A stretch of 63,618 bases of DNA, the filler included, from Licmophora abbreviata (taxonomy: Eukaryota), in NCBI GenBank assembly GCA_900291995.1. It is 5 parts of 5 records of this genome, joined end to end, with 100 filler letters (N's around TTAATTAATTAA, not from the genome) between each part and the next. Parts side by side here need not be neighbours in the genome. Positions count along the whole stretch, not along the records: positions 1 to 22,578 come from OLMU01003137.1; positions 22,679 to 28,547 come from OLMU01003139.1; positions 28,648 to 45,860 come from OLMU01003141.1; 2 more parts are not named here. One strand, written 5' to 3'. The position numbers were made by a program, and so were the translations under genes. Numbering within the stretch: the first letter of the stretch is position 1; each line of letters opens with the position of its first letter. The notes under the pieces are model-generated. The model was not told the DNA's origin. It was given only the letters and a program-made list of their open reading frames with translations, and searched no databases. Shown here piece by piece: positions 21,652 to 33,409 of this stretch.

Positions 21652-22578
21652 TTATGAATCTTTCACACCCTCCTCCAATCTATTCTCAACAATCTTTCCT
21701 TCAAGGGCTACTTTCTTGTAGGCGACGATACTCAGCGCCAGCATAGACGCGGCGTAAACCACGGGCCATGCGGGCGAATCAATGGTCGGTCTGACAAAAT
21801 GCAACAAGACTCCCATGATTGTCCAGAGAATATACTTATTGAGTCTGAGCCCGATACGATTCACAGCAGCAATGTTGGAGACAGCACTCAACAGCCAAAA
21901 TGCACCGGCTCGGTTCACTTCCAACGTTCCAACGAGGAAGCCGACAACCAGCATCATTCCGTATGCCGCCACCATGGCAGCATGCGAGCCGACATTCTTG
22001 CGCTGCAGCGTCATGAGGAATGCATTGAATTGAATGATGAACACCATTACCATATGCATCGAATACCGTTCAAATCCGAACAAACAACCAGACGTCGCGT
22101 AGAATTGCATGACGGAGAAGTGGAAACGCGTCGCTGGGCTGGCGTTCAAGTCGCGTATTGTATTCGAGCGATTCGCGTCACCAACAGCCGCTGATCCCAT
22201 GTCAGCTGCCGCACAAGACAGCAGCACAACGACTGTAGTCGCAGCGTGAGTCATTGCACCCTCTTGAACCCCTCGAACATTCCAAATGTACGTGAGTAGC
22301 ATACACGCCAGCGACCGACAGGCAAACACGATCGAGTGATACCTATACTCAGGCCAGATGCGAAACCCACTTCCTCCCATTCGCTTCTGGGGTATCTCAA
22401 ACAAGAGCGACGATACCGATAGCAGCACATGCAGGCCAATCGTCAGCGGAGTCGCAATGGACGTGTCAAAGCCCATGTCGCGCTCCCCAATCTGGGCGAA
22501 TCTCGTCATGAACGAAATCAAACAGCTCACGCCCAGGATCTTGTGAACATAGAACGCATCATCCTTAGCCGTAGTTAG
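21652..22578 (-). CDS. Multi-pass membrane protein of unknown function, 5' end lost in gap
   Basis: Frame open up to the gap (DDAFYVHKILG...); many hydrophobic helices; RIWPEYRYHSIVF motif. Confidence 0.7.
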   Translation of the reverse strand, partial: LTTAKDDAFYVHKILGVSCLISFMTRFAQIGERDMGFDTSIATPLTIGLHVLLSVSSLLFEIPQKRMGGSGFRIWPEYRYHSIVFACRSLACMLLTYIWNVRGVQEGAMTHAATTVVVLLSCAAADMGSAAVGDANRSNTIRDLNASPATRFHFSVMQFYATSGCLFGFERYSMHMVMVFIIQFNAFLMTLQRKNVGSHAAMVAAYGMMLVVGFLVGTLEVNRAGAFWLLSAVSNIAAVNRIGLRLNKYILWTIMGVLLHFVRPTIDSPAWPVVYAASMLALSIVAYKKVALEGKIVENRLEEGVKDS

Positions 22579-22678
22579 NNNNNNNNNNNNNNNNNNNNNN
22601 NNNNNNNNNNNNNNNNNNNNNNTTAATTAATTAANNNNNNNNNNNNNNNNNNNNNNNNNNNNNNNNNNNNNNNNNNNN
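22579..22678. other. Scaffold gap with artificial six-frame-stop linker
   Basis: N run - TTAATTAATTAA - N run, 100 nt in total. Confidence 0.98.
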
Positions 22679-23043
22679 GAATCAATCGTCGCTTGGACAA
22701 CACTCAGGAGCCGACTCTGCAGTCTCGACCTGTTTTAGTCTCATGTTGAGAGTGTGATGGCGATCTCTTTGACTTTTGTTCTTCGACGTGAGACGGCAGA
22801 CGGCGGCATGGACTGATCTCCTCCGGGTTCTTCGTTTTGAAATCGTGCCACGCATCTCGTTTCGCGAGCGAGCCTCGCTCGATTTTCGAACGAGTTCGGC
22901 GTTGTTGTGGTCGCGTTGCCACACAAAATCGCAGGTACTTCAAACTTGAATTTTGTTGAAAGCTGCTTACAGCCATAGGCATTGGAACGCCGTAGTTGTT
23001 CCCTTTTCTCTCGCTGTTCTGCCACTATATTGATCAATCTAGA

Positions 23044-24697
23044 ATGATGGAAGAACCTCAGAGTCCTATGGCTGCTATCGAAACCCCTCATTGCGTGCTT
23101 GACAGCAGCAACAGTTCGTCCGACGACTTCGAGGAACGTGAAAATCTGATCATCACGCACGACACGAATATCAGCTCGAGCACGGACCACTCGGACGCTA
23201 AGAGTCAGTCGTTTCGTAAGCGTCGCTTGACCTACACGAAACATCATTTGGCCCTCACTGGTGATGAGACAGCGGCGCTGGTGGGAGCTGATGAGGAGGA
23301 AGAGGATGTCAAGAAGCCGAGACTTGCGGTGAACCCTGACCAGCTTTCGGCCGATGCGGCGGACACTACGACGCCCAAGAACTCTCGTCCTACTTTGAAG
23401 AGACTGCATTCGAAGATCCTTCATTCGGGAGAACTCCAACGCAGCATGAGCTCGTCTTCCTCGTTGCATCACACACCCTATCGTATCGAGCGGGCACAGA
23501 CAGAGTACGAGCGCCGGTCCATTCCCGCGTGGCGTCACCGTCATGCCTTTCACGAAAGCGATGCGACTCTGCCCTTTCCCAAGACTGTAGTCGGAACATA
23601 TTCGTGTCATGGAGTGGAACCAGTGTATGACAGTGATTACAGTGAGGAGGAGCAGAACGATGACGAGAGTACTAAGCCTACGGAGGAAAAGAAGGACGAC
23701 GCTTCCGCAGACTCTCCGACGACGACCACCAAGGCACCGACGTTGTCAACCATGGCAAAGATTAATCAAGACCGTGGTGGCATTACCTTTCCGTATGGAA
23801 ACTCTGCTCGAACAGCTCTGTTTGCTGCGTATGACGGACACGGGCAGGGTGGCGAGCTTGTGTCGCAGTTTGCTCTGCATGAAATACAGAGGAGACTCGA
23901 AAAGCATCCTGACTTTGAGAGAAACATTGAGACTGCCTTTAAGGAAACTTTTCTGGCGGTCGATGATGATTTGGCCGAGGAAAATTCAATTGAGGTAAGT
24001 TCTGTGTGGTATGCCTTCTGCTGCACTCTATGTTTCAAACTACTCACTGTTTCAATATCCTGATTCGTCGCCACTCGCCACTCGCCTCTTTCAGCCTTTA
24101 TACGCCGGTACGACTGCATGTGTTGTCTTGCTTCGGGACAACACCTTGACGATTTCGAATGCTGGAGATTCTCGAGCAGTGATGGCTCGAAAAGTACCTT
24201 CTATGGACGACGAGTTCGAGGCCATTGACTTGTCTAACGATCACAATCCCGATGTTCCGGAAGAGCAGGATCGTATTGAAGCCAGCGGTGGATTCGTCTC
24301 TCCACCACCTGAGCCGGGACTTTCCGCTCGTGTTTGGTTGGACTCGGAGTGTTCTCAAATAGGACTCGCCATGGCGCGCTCGATTGGTGATCATGCGGTC
24401 ACGCCTGTGGGTGTGATTGCCGAGCCGGAGGTGACTACGCATGAAGTTACCGAAGACGATGACTTTGTCATCATCGCTACAGATGGCGTTTGGGAATTCA
24501 TTTCTTCTGAGGAGGCTGTTCTCATTGTCGCCGAACACTTAGAGCAAGGTGCCATGAAGGCTTGTCAGGCTTTAATTGAAGCCGCGGCGGCCAAGTGGCA
24601 CGAAGAAGAGGGGAACTACCGCGACGACATCACGGCGTTGGTAGTTCGTCTTCAGAAACTTTGGGACCACACTGACGAATCCGTGAAGGGTCGCTAG
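23044..24697 (+). CDS. PP2C-type (PPM) Ser/Thr phosphatase, 2 exons
   Basis: NQD, YDGHG, GTTA, NAGDSRAV, GLAMARSIGD, ATDGVWE, DDIT; intron 23995-24094. Confidence 0.95.
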
Positions 24698-24984
24698 TTT
24701 TGAGTACTACGCGTCGGTCAATCATTTATTAGGAGGAAACAGTCAGAGCTGCTACTTGCAACTTTCAACTTTGCCCTTCTTTCTGGAGATGAAGTCTTGT
24801 TCTACAAATTAGGTCTACTGATACTTGTAGCAGACTGCTTGCTCTATTGTCACACTACGACCATAGACGAAATACAACTGAAGCCATTTCTGGGTGAACA
24901 TTCTTTGTTGTTGAAAACTGGCCCCGCAAGGCTGACAATACTTGTAGTGCGATGATCATGCCCGTGCTTCGCGATCCATGCCAA

Positions 24985-26318
24985 CTATGACTGTTGACAT
25001 TGGACCCCGCCTTCTTCTCCCTCATCTGAGTCGTACGCGGAATCATGGGAATGTATGCCACCCTTTCCGAAGCTCTTCACGTCAGCATGCTCCAAATGAC
25101 ACACTTCATGCTCGTCGTCGTCGACGATATCAACAGAAGGGTCCGGAAGTGCCTTTCTCAGGATTTCTAGAGTCTTGCGATCAAGCTGGCCGTCCTGTGG
25201 AAACTCGACTCGAAAGAGTACGAACATGTTTCCCTTTACAAAGGGATTTCCGTGCGATGGCATACCCTCGTTGGGAATCATTTTCACAAAGGGTGTCGAA
25301 GCATTGGTTTCAGCCCTGATGACTTCGCCGGGTTTCGACTTGATGACGACTTTTCGCCCATCCAGATGCGTAACTAACCACTCAAACCCACATAGCGCCT
25401 CGTTCAGACTTACAGTCTTGGTGACGAGCAGATCAGCTCCCTTTCTCTTGAACATATCGTGATCTTTCTCCTGAATGACAATGTTGACATTGCCAGCTTC
25501 AATGTTGGGCTTCTCATCGGCCATCCCACGAAAGGCAATCTTCTGCTTGTGCCTCATTCCTTTTTCAATGAGAACCTCCAGAACTTTTCTCTCGCGTTTC
25601 TTTTTGCAGAGATAGCCTTCCCCTCCGCAGTCGGCACACCGACGCTGAAGCTGCTGAACCATTCCCAATGCAATCTGACGAAGTTCCATCACAACACCCT
25701 GCCCATCGCACGAAGTACACATGGTAGGCTTGTCTACCATGACCTGTCGGTTTATGGCCAGCTTGACTGTCTTGCCATTATACAGGTCCTCCAATGACAC
25801 CTTGAGTTGATGGTTCACGTCTTCTCCACGCCGCGGACCCGCTGACGAACGACGCCTAGATCCGCCAAAGAACATGCTCATCAGATCATCTTGGTTCATT
25901 CCTCCTGGTCCACCTTCATTCGCGACTCCCTCCAGACCGTGCGTGTCGTACTTGGCTCGCTTCTCGGCGTCGCTAAGAATTTCATACGCGGCCGAAATTT
26001 CCTTGAATTTGTGTTCGTCGCCGCCCTTGTCGGGGTGGTGTACAATGGCTAGCTTGCGATAGGCCTTTTTGATTTCCTTTTGATCGCAGGTTTTGGAAAC
26101 CTAAAATGAAAAGACGACGAGAATGGGAAACACGTCGTAAGACCAGGTTTAGGCAAACAGGAATGAACGAGTCGCCCAGGCGCGCTTGAACGCAGACTCA
26201 CCCCCAAAGTCTGGTAAAGCTTTGTCGTATCCACGTCTCTGGCCGCCGATCGACGACGACTGCCTCCTCCCCCATGAGAGCGGGCAAAATGCTCAAACGG
26301 ATCTCCTCCAAAGAACAT
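24985..26318 (-). CDS. DNAJA: Class A J-protein (DNAJA/Ydj1-like Hsp40), paralogue 2, 2 exons
   Basis: HHPDKGG; CxxCxGxG twice; C-terminal CQQS; intron 26101-26201. Confidence 0.95.
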
Positions 26319-26658
26319 GGTGCCCTAGATTGACCTTCGACCGCAGGACAGGCTCTGTTCAAGCCAATGACTGGAATGAATGGCACGGCAGGAACCGGCG
26401 GTGCACAAAAAAGTGGCGGGAACCACGTCAACAGCATCGTCACTCCCGTAGCCTAACCGCGCCGGCCGAGCTGGAGAGCGAACGCCGCTTTATATCAGTC
26501 TCATGGACTGATTTGAGCGAAACCGATCTCTAGACTGACTAACGGTATGTAGTCTACGGTTTGTAGACCTGAAGTACCTGGTGAGATGCTAATGTATGTC
26601 TCTCTAAGCTCAAACTAAAAACGCCTAAAGCATGAGGAACTCACACAATCTTCTTTTT

Positions 26659-28501
26659 CTACCTCAACATGGGCGCGTGAGACTCAAACGGATCCTCGGC
26701 AGCTTGGGAGAGCGGGACCGTATTGGGCTGACGCGTCACGGCCAGGACACGTTCCCACGTTCGACCACGCGGGTTCATGGACCGAGGAGACGTCGCTACC
26801 AATTCGGGAATCGGAAGGAAGGTCATCCGATTGTTGCAGAGTCCGACTGAGAAGCCCGTGTATCCTGCCATGGCCCCGTGAACTGCATTCTGCGCGAGCT
26901 GCATGCAGTACAGACTATCGGCGGCGTTGGCTGGGATGGAGCGAATCATGTATGAGGGATCAATGTATCTGAGAGTGGGTCACATGAGACAAGAGGAGAG
27001 AAACCTGGTGAGCAAAAATGCTGGTCTTAACGAGCCCTAAACATCATTGTACACAGCACGACGTACTTGACAGTTGCAGTCTCTCCTTGCTCTTCGAAAT
27101 GCTTTTCGACCTGGCTCTTCATGAACTCGCCAATCTTAGGTAGCTTTTTGTTTCCACTGGCATCCGTCTCCGCAGATGTGCCCAGAATCTCCTCACCGGC
27201 ACCCTCCGCAACAACAATGACAGCCCATCCTTGCTGCTTGACACGTCTCCTAATATGCGGCAAGCACCCGAGAGGGCCATCCAGGACTGTGGGAACCTCC
27301 GGGACCAGGCACAAGTCTACATCCCCCGACGACATGACGGCATGGACAGCAATGAAACCGGCGCTGCGCCCCATGAGCTTCACAATACCCACGCCGTTGG
27401 GCAAGTTGCACTTCGCCTCCGTCTTGGCAGAATGAATTGAGACTTGTGCCGCTTCGACGGCTGAACTGAAACCGAACGAGTGGTCAATGTAGTCGACATC
27501 GTTATCAATCGTCTTGGGAATACCAGCCACAGACACATTGAGGCCCTATTACAGAGGAGGGGAGTGAGAGAGGTGTCTCGAGTGAGAATTACATGTCGAG
27601 CACAATGGGGGCAACACCTGGGGACTTCACTTACTCGCTCCATACACCCTTCGTGAATCCGAAAAGCGCCACGGTGGGTTCCATCGCCTCCAATCACAAA
27701 GAGCTGCTTAATCTTATGCTTGGAAAGAAAGGCAATAATCTTGTCTAGATCGAATCCCCCACGCGAAGACCCCAAAATGGTGCCGCCCATGTGATGGATG
27801 TTTTCCACATTCTCACACGTTAGAATCAAGGGCGGCAGTTCACTGTCATAGAAACCTCTATACCCACCGCGGATGCCATAGACCTTGCCACCAATGCCAT
27901 ACAAGTTGTAGAGAGTCTTGGTAATTTCTCGCACCACATTGTTCAGACCGGGGCACAGTCCACCACACGTCACAATGGCCGCCGATACTCGTTGAGGATC
28001 AAAGTGCAGATATTCCCTAGGCCCCGCCCTCACGTAGGCTCTCGAGATCGTCGGGTGCGTCGGTTTGCGCACTAAATCTGCCAAGATGCATTCATGGGAC
28101 GTAATCAGCTTATTGTAGGATGCCGCATGGTGTTCCATGTCTTTGGGGAGAATGCTCGTGTCTTTGTCGTGCTTGCTGCGATGCCGCAAATAATCTTGCG
28201 CGCTCTCGCTCAAACACGTCATGCGATTCACTGCGTCTCCGGCTTCGCTCTCAAAGCGATGGGAGAGATGTTCGACTTCCCAAAGGTAGACTTGGGAGAT
28301 GCTAATGTCATCGATTTTGACTCCCGCAGGTGCGTCCTGATCTTTGGGCTGAGAAGCTTTCAGTTCTTGTCGGGCATGGTATGCGTCCAGTCTCGCCTTT
28401 TGCTGTTTCTTGCGGTGGTATCGATTCGTCAAGGCAAAGGTTGCGGCGGCACTGGCGCACACGGCCACAACGAGCGTCGTTGTCGAAGTCGTCGACGACA
28501 T
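26659..28501 (-). CDS. PFK: ATP-dependent 6-phosphofructokinase (plant/protist PfkA type), 3 exons
   Basis: AAIVTCGGLCPGLN, GGTILGSSRGG, IGGDGT, PKTIDND, MGRSAG, YIDPSYMIR; introns 27546-27634 and 26969-27066. Confidence 0.95.
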
Positions 28502-28547
28502 ATGGTGGTCGAGCTCTTCAGAAGTAAGAGAGAGAGGGATGCTATGG

Positions 28548-28647
28548 NNNNNNNNNNNNNNNNNNNNNNNNNNNNNNNNNNNNNNNNNNNNTTAATTAAT
28601 TAANNNNNNNNNNNNNNNNNNNNNNNNNNNNNNNNNNNNNNNNNNNN
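28548..28647. other. Scaffold gap with artificial linker
   Basis: N run - TTAATTAATTAA - N run. Confidence 0.98.
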
Positions 28648-29036
28648 GGGAGAATTAGCTGATTTGCATGAAAAGGGTGTTGTTGGCTGTGAGAGCAAAG
28701 AGAGAAAGGCCTTAGGGCTGATTGGCCGGTTCTCATGAGCTAGGGGCAACGTGGCGTTGCGTGTCTGAATAAATAGAACCCACCAGTGGCGAGACCAAAA
28801 GTTTGCCTTGGCTGTCATGCATGTCGCAAGAGTTTTACGATGAGCAGCTGATGCGCATGCGGACAGTGTCCATCGATCCTGTCACAACCTACAGCTAGAG
28901 CGCGGTGCCTTATTGCATATAAGCATGTCCCAGACAGAGCGGGATCCGCGCATCATGGGTTCCAACGATTCGTTCGGTACTACACATCCTAATCAGATGT
29001 ACCAGGCACTGCTATTTCCGTGTACCTTTCGTCCTG

Positions 29037-29378
29037 TCACTCTCCTTTTCGATAGTTAAGCTGTCGCTCTTCCAACATTTTCATTCGCTCGTGCAGTTCT
29101 CGATCATTGCCACTTTCATATCTCTGTTTCATTGCTCGATACTTTTTAAGCTGAACAACTCCCATCATTTCTCGGACAAAATGTCGCCCCTTGGCCACCG
29201 CAGCACGGATCTCGCGTTCGCAAGACGAGGACTTTGGAGCGTCGATACACGAAGGTGCACTGCTTGGGTCCTGTATCGCTCGTTTCCACGTAGTTCTCAC
29301 GTAGTCCAGTCCAAGCGGGTAGTCCCGTCCTACTAGCACGACGCGCTTGTACAAGTCTCTCACAAGGGGATGCATCAT
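29037..29378 (-). CDS. LYRM5: LYR-motif protein, ETF regulatory factor 1-like
   Basis: LYKRVVLVGRDYPLG and LKKYRAMKQRY match LYRM5/ETFRF1. Confidence 0.85.
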   Translation of the reverse strand: MMHPLVRDLYKRVVLVGRDYPLGLDYVRTTWKRAIQDPSSAPSCIDAPKSSSCEREIRAAVAKGRHFVREMMGVVQLKKYRAMKQRYESGNDRELHERMKMLEERQLNYRKGE

Positions 29379-30076
29379 GCCGCGAGGGATGGTCGAGAGA
29401 GAGAGACACGCACTCTGGCGTCTGTGCTGGATTCAGAAACAATACTCGAAGAAGTGAATAAGAAGGAAGACTACTCAATTTTTTCTGAAGTCTCGCAATT
29501 CGTAAGTCACCACAAAGAAGACGATGATAAGAAGACCATAGTAAGCTCGATCGATGTGTCGTGCGTTGTGATTCGCTCAAAGCAGTAGACCATTGTCAGA
29601 ATCTGTGACACGACGAGAATGACAAACACAACGCGGTGGCGCGCTGTCGCGCTCCACGAGGCGCAAAAGCTTTCTCGAGAGCCCGTGATCCGCCGGCCAC
29701 TCGCTGGAGCAGAGATGAGCTGCTACCATCAGGTACCCGGTATGTCGCATCGCACCTCATAGGTTTGGCTAACGAACATACAATACTTCCTACCGCAAGC
29801 GCCATCATTGAGTTTTGTCGACGTTACACTTTCTCGTCGACGGTACACTATCTCTTCTTGCCATTGGAGGATCTCCGCGCGGCGTCTGCGCCAACCCGTG
29901 TTCAAATTCACCTTAGCTATTAGGCCGTAGTTGCCGCAAATGACTGGACGTGAGGTCGCCTGATCGCTTCTGTTGGACAGCGACAGACATTCAATACACA
30001 AATAATACGACAGTGTAGAATAAACAAGATGTTCAACACGCATTACTGTACAGATCAAAATTGAAAATTGCCAAAA

Positions 30077-32482
30077 CTAAGACTCCTTCGCCATGCCAAA
30101 CACAAGCTTGAACTCCTCCCAGGACAAACTGCCACTCTTGCTTAGATCCATCGAGTTAAGCAACTTGCTGATATCCTCTTCCGTGTAGGATGGATCAAAA
30201 TCCAACATGACACGTCGGAGATGGTCAAGCTTTATAGTGCCGGACTTGTGCGTATCGATCGCATTGAATGCGGCACGCAGATCTTCCTCCTTCTCGGGGA
30301 ATGCTCGCTTGGTTGCGGCACAGATGGCCTTCTTGAAGTCTCGACGGAGAATGATATCGTGGAAGCTGTTGTCCAACGCAGGGTTCTTCTTCAAAAGCTT
30401 GTGCATGTCCTTTGAAGTCAAAACTCCCATCTTGCAAGTTTCACCGACGCATCTTGCAGTCACATTGTAGGGCTTGCCCGCGTAGTAGGCGGCATGTTCG
30501 CCAGTCATTTCGCCTTGATGCAAGCTTCGCACCTTGTGGCCGTCCCTAAAGATATCGACGTTGCCTTCTTCCACGATGTACAAAATATCCCCCTTGCTAC
30601 CTTGTTCAAAAATTACGTCGCCCTCGCGGTAGCTCTCGTGGGTCATGTTCTTCTGTAAGGCCAAAATCGAGTTCGCCCGCTCACGGTTCCTCATCCGGTC
30701 CGTCTCGGCCATGGTAAGCGCCACCTCTCTGTCACTGTTGACGTACTTCTCGAAGTAATCACGAGATATTTCAATCACGTGAACCGGAGTCTTGCAAGCA
30801 ACAGTATTGGAGTACGTCTTCTTTTCGCCAGTGAGCGCGTCTTCTCCAAAGAAGTCGCCTGCACCGCGCTCCTTGACAAAGCCTTCTGATGAGGAGACTT
30901 CGACCGAACCACTGTTGATGAAGAACATTGAATTCCCTTCTTCCCCTTCCTTGCATAGAACGTGACCCTTAGGAAGGTATAGGTTGGCCATGTTGTCCGA
31001 GAGCACGTCCGAGAGCTCCGAAAATGTCAAGCGAGCATCGGCGCCAACAAAGGATGTGTCGCCGTGCAGCTCCTTGGTGGACACGTAGCCAAGATTCTTC
31101 TGGTCCAACTGACGAAATGCTGATTCCAACATGCACATGTTGGTCCTCGCACTTTCGCTGTTGGCGCCGGCGGCTGCTGCGGCCATGCTGCTTTGCATCA
31201 ACATGGTACGAAAGAAGTGTTTGCCGACGCTCGTCTTGTGACGGTTGTATGTTCGGAGTCGGAGGTCGCTCTGAGGAATCTTGCGACTGCGCGCTGTTTC
31301 TCCTCGGACCCACGGGTGTTCCAGGAGTTGACTGGCCGTCAGTCTCTCACTGGGATGCATTTTCATGAGCCCCTCCACAAGGTCCTTGGCATCCTCAGAA
31401 ACGTGCTTGAATTCGCTAAGCGGTGGAATCTCACCAGAGATGACGCGATCCTCAATCTCCTGGGTCGTAGCGCCTCCCTCTACATCAAAAGGGTGGGTTC
31501 CGGTAAGCATGACGTACAAAATGACCCCTAAACTCCACATGTCAAAACTGGGTGCTATGTGCGCATGCTCGGTCTTGTAGACCTTCAAAACTTCCGGGGG
31601 ACAGTAGGCGGGTGTACTAGCTGTACCGCGATGGCGATGATCGTCCTTTTCCTCCGGGCCATGCACCTTGTGGGCACATCCAAAATCAACAAGCTGAATG
31701 ACGGCATTGTTCGAGTCCTTTGAAGTCAGCATGAGATTCTCTGGTTTCAAATCGCTGTGAACAATGCCAACACCATGCAAAAAAGCCAATGCAGAGGCGA
31801 CCTGTCGAATGATTCTGGCGGCATCGGCTTCGCTGTAGGGCCCTTTCGCGCAGAGTTCATCAAACATTTCCCCGCCCTTGATGAGATCCAACACGAGATA
31901 GTAGCTGTCGTCGCCATTGTGTTCTACAAAGTGTTCCCGAAGCGTATTGATGTTTGGATGTCCTCCTGCATCGTGAATGTGAAAGAGGGCGTCCATTTCA
32001 CGTTGAAATGTGGCAAAATTGGTACACTCCTTCGGGATCTTCTTCACAGCGACCGACTGTCCTGTGTTGCGATCGATCGCCTGATAGACGGAACCAAAGG
32101 TGCCGAGACCGACGGGCTCCTCCCAATCAACTTTATACTTGCTATCGACTCCCTCCTTCTCGGCGGTAGTTTCGATGAGTTCAACCGTCTTCTGTCGTGT
32201 CAGGGTGCCCCTCTGCGTCTGTCTGGGAGGCACCATCAAGACGCCAAAGAAACAAGCTGTCGTCGACACGGGAAGGACGCCGGGCCACCTGTTTGTGTTG
32301 CCTGGACAAAGAACATCCTCTTCCGCGAGCTGCTGATGCATGGCCGCCGCCGCTGTCATCACTGCTACCGAAGCGACGGCCCATGAGCATGTCGTCTTCG
32401 AACTCTGAGGAGAAAATGAAGAAAATCTTCTTCGGTTTCTTCTCAAGAGCACTCTGGCCGCTCGATTGCTTCTAGCAAACAT
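30077..32482 (-). CDS. CaMK/CDPK-like kinase fused to EF-hands and two cNMP-binding domains; likely mitochondrial presequence
   Basis: GLGTFG, VAVKK, HSDLKPEN, DFG, DMWSLG; GDFFGEDAL and GEMTGEHA cNMP folds; EF-hand DLSKSGSLSWEE; MFARSNRAARVLLRRNRRRFSS. Confidence 0.9.
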   Translation of the reverse strand: MFARSNRAARVLLRRNRRRFSSFSPQSSKTTCSWAVASVAVMTAAAAMHQQLAEEDVLCPGNTNRWPGVLPVSTTACFFGVLMVPPRQTQRGTLTRQKTVELIETTAEKEGVDSKYKVDWEEPVGLGTFGSVYQAIDRNTGQSVAVKKIPKECTNFATFQREMDALFHIHDAGGHPNINTLREHFVEHNGDDSYYLVLDLIKGGEMFDELCAKGPYSEADAARIIRQVASALAFLHGVGIVHSDLKPENLMLTSKDSNNAVIQLVDFGCAHKVHGPEEKDDHRHRGTASTPAYCPPEVLKVYKTEHAHIAPSFDMWSLGVILYVMLTGTHPFDVEGGATTQEIEDRVISGEIPPLSEFKHVSEDAKDLVEGLMKMHPSERLTASQLLEHPWVRGETARSRKIPQSDLRLRTYNRHKTSVGKHFFRTMLMQSSMAAAAAGANSESARTNMCMLESAFRQLDQKNLGYVSTKELHGDTSFVGADARLTFSELSDVLSDNMANLYLPKGHVLCKEGEEGNSMFFINSGSVEVSSSEGFVKERGAGDFFGEDALTGEKKTYSNTVACKTPVHVIEISRDYFEKYVNSDREVALTMAETDRMRNRERANSILALQKNMTHESYREGDVIFEQGSKGDILYIVEEGNVDIFRDGHKVRSLHQGEMTGEHAAYYAGKPYNVTARCVGETCKMGVLTSKDMHKLLKKNPALDNSFHDIILRRDFKKAICAATKRAFPEKEEDLRAAFNAIDTHKSGTIKLDHLRRVMLDFDPSYTEEDISKLLNSMDLSKSGSLSWEEFKLVFGMAKES

Positions 32483-33253
32483 TGTTCTGTGACTGATTGT
32501 ACATTGCCTGATCGCAACGCCAAGAGGGGATTGATCTGCCAAACTGCCGTGCTGCGGCGTTCTTTCAAAAGCGCTTCAAAGATTGAGATGCATCGAGTCG
32601 CGTCATCGGTGATAGATCCAACAAGAGCGCAAAACATACACTTCTTCCGGAACATCTGCATTCGGAAAGAAATTCTCGACCGGCGTAGAGTTCCCTTTTG
32701 CCGGAATTTCTAACACAACCCATCATGCGCTACAGCATTTCGCCGGGAGCATCTGTGTTATTCCGTTTTTACGAAATAGAAACTCGGGGGAGTGGATACC
32801 CACTTTTTCAGTATAAATTGTGCTCGTAATCGAAGATCATATATTGGCGTCACGGTGACATCACTCTCTCCGCTGAAGTCTCCGTCTGGCCACAGTACGT
32901 AAGCATGCACGGAATGTGTCCCAGTCCCGTAACGTGAAATCAAAGAAGGCGGGAAAGAGATCGGAACGGGACTTGATATTCAGATCAATATTGGCCAAAC
33001 AGCCGTTGCAAATTTTATTGTTAAATACAATGACGAAGTCCACATAAGGGTCAAACTTCACATCACAGAATTAATACATAGATAACGACTCGAAGTGACA
33101 CAATCAAAGAGCATGAAGAAGTATCATTTAGAAGGGGCAATTGAAGAGACTTCTCATTTTCCATCGTACGTACTCGAGTTTCCGCTTGTACGCTTCAAAT
33201 AAGTTTTCTCTTCCTAACGTTGGAGATTGCGGATGATGTTTCCAAGACAAAAA

Positions 33254-33288
33254 ATTGGCGCAAAAGCCGTTGGTTTCGCGCGTTCAAA
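33254..33288. promoter_or_regulatory. Cluster of E2F-like, MSA-like and CHR-like motifs
   Basis: ATTGGCGC 33254, CCGTTGG (reverse CCAACGG) 33267, TTTCGCGC 33274, TTCAAA 33283. Confidence 0.4.
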
Positions 33289-33409
33289 CGTGTTACGGCC
33301 TCACACATCATGTCACGCTGTCACGCCACAATTACGACCAAGAGCGGCCAAGACGGGAAACCCACACAATACAAGGAGAACTCCGACCAGTCGGCACCTC
33401 TTCTCCGCC

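Noticed and set aside
22623..22634. TTAATTAATTAA palindrome recurring four times
   Set aside because: Always centred in N runs; an artificial six-frame-stop scaffold linker, not biological
22741..23610. Long alternative ORFs (also 12783-13538, 31757-32386, 49597-50343)
   Set aside because: Antisense or off-frame to well-supported genes, with no recognisable motifs
32750..33190. Lower-GC intergenic stretch, considered as a transposon remnant
   Set aside because: No terminal repeats, target-site duplication or transposase similarity visible
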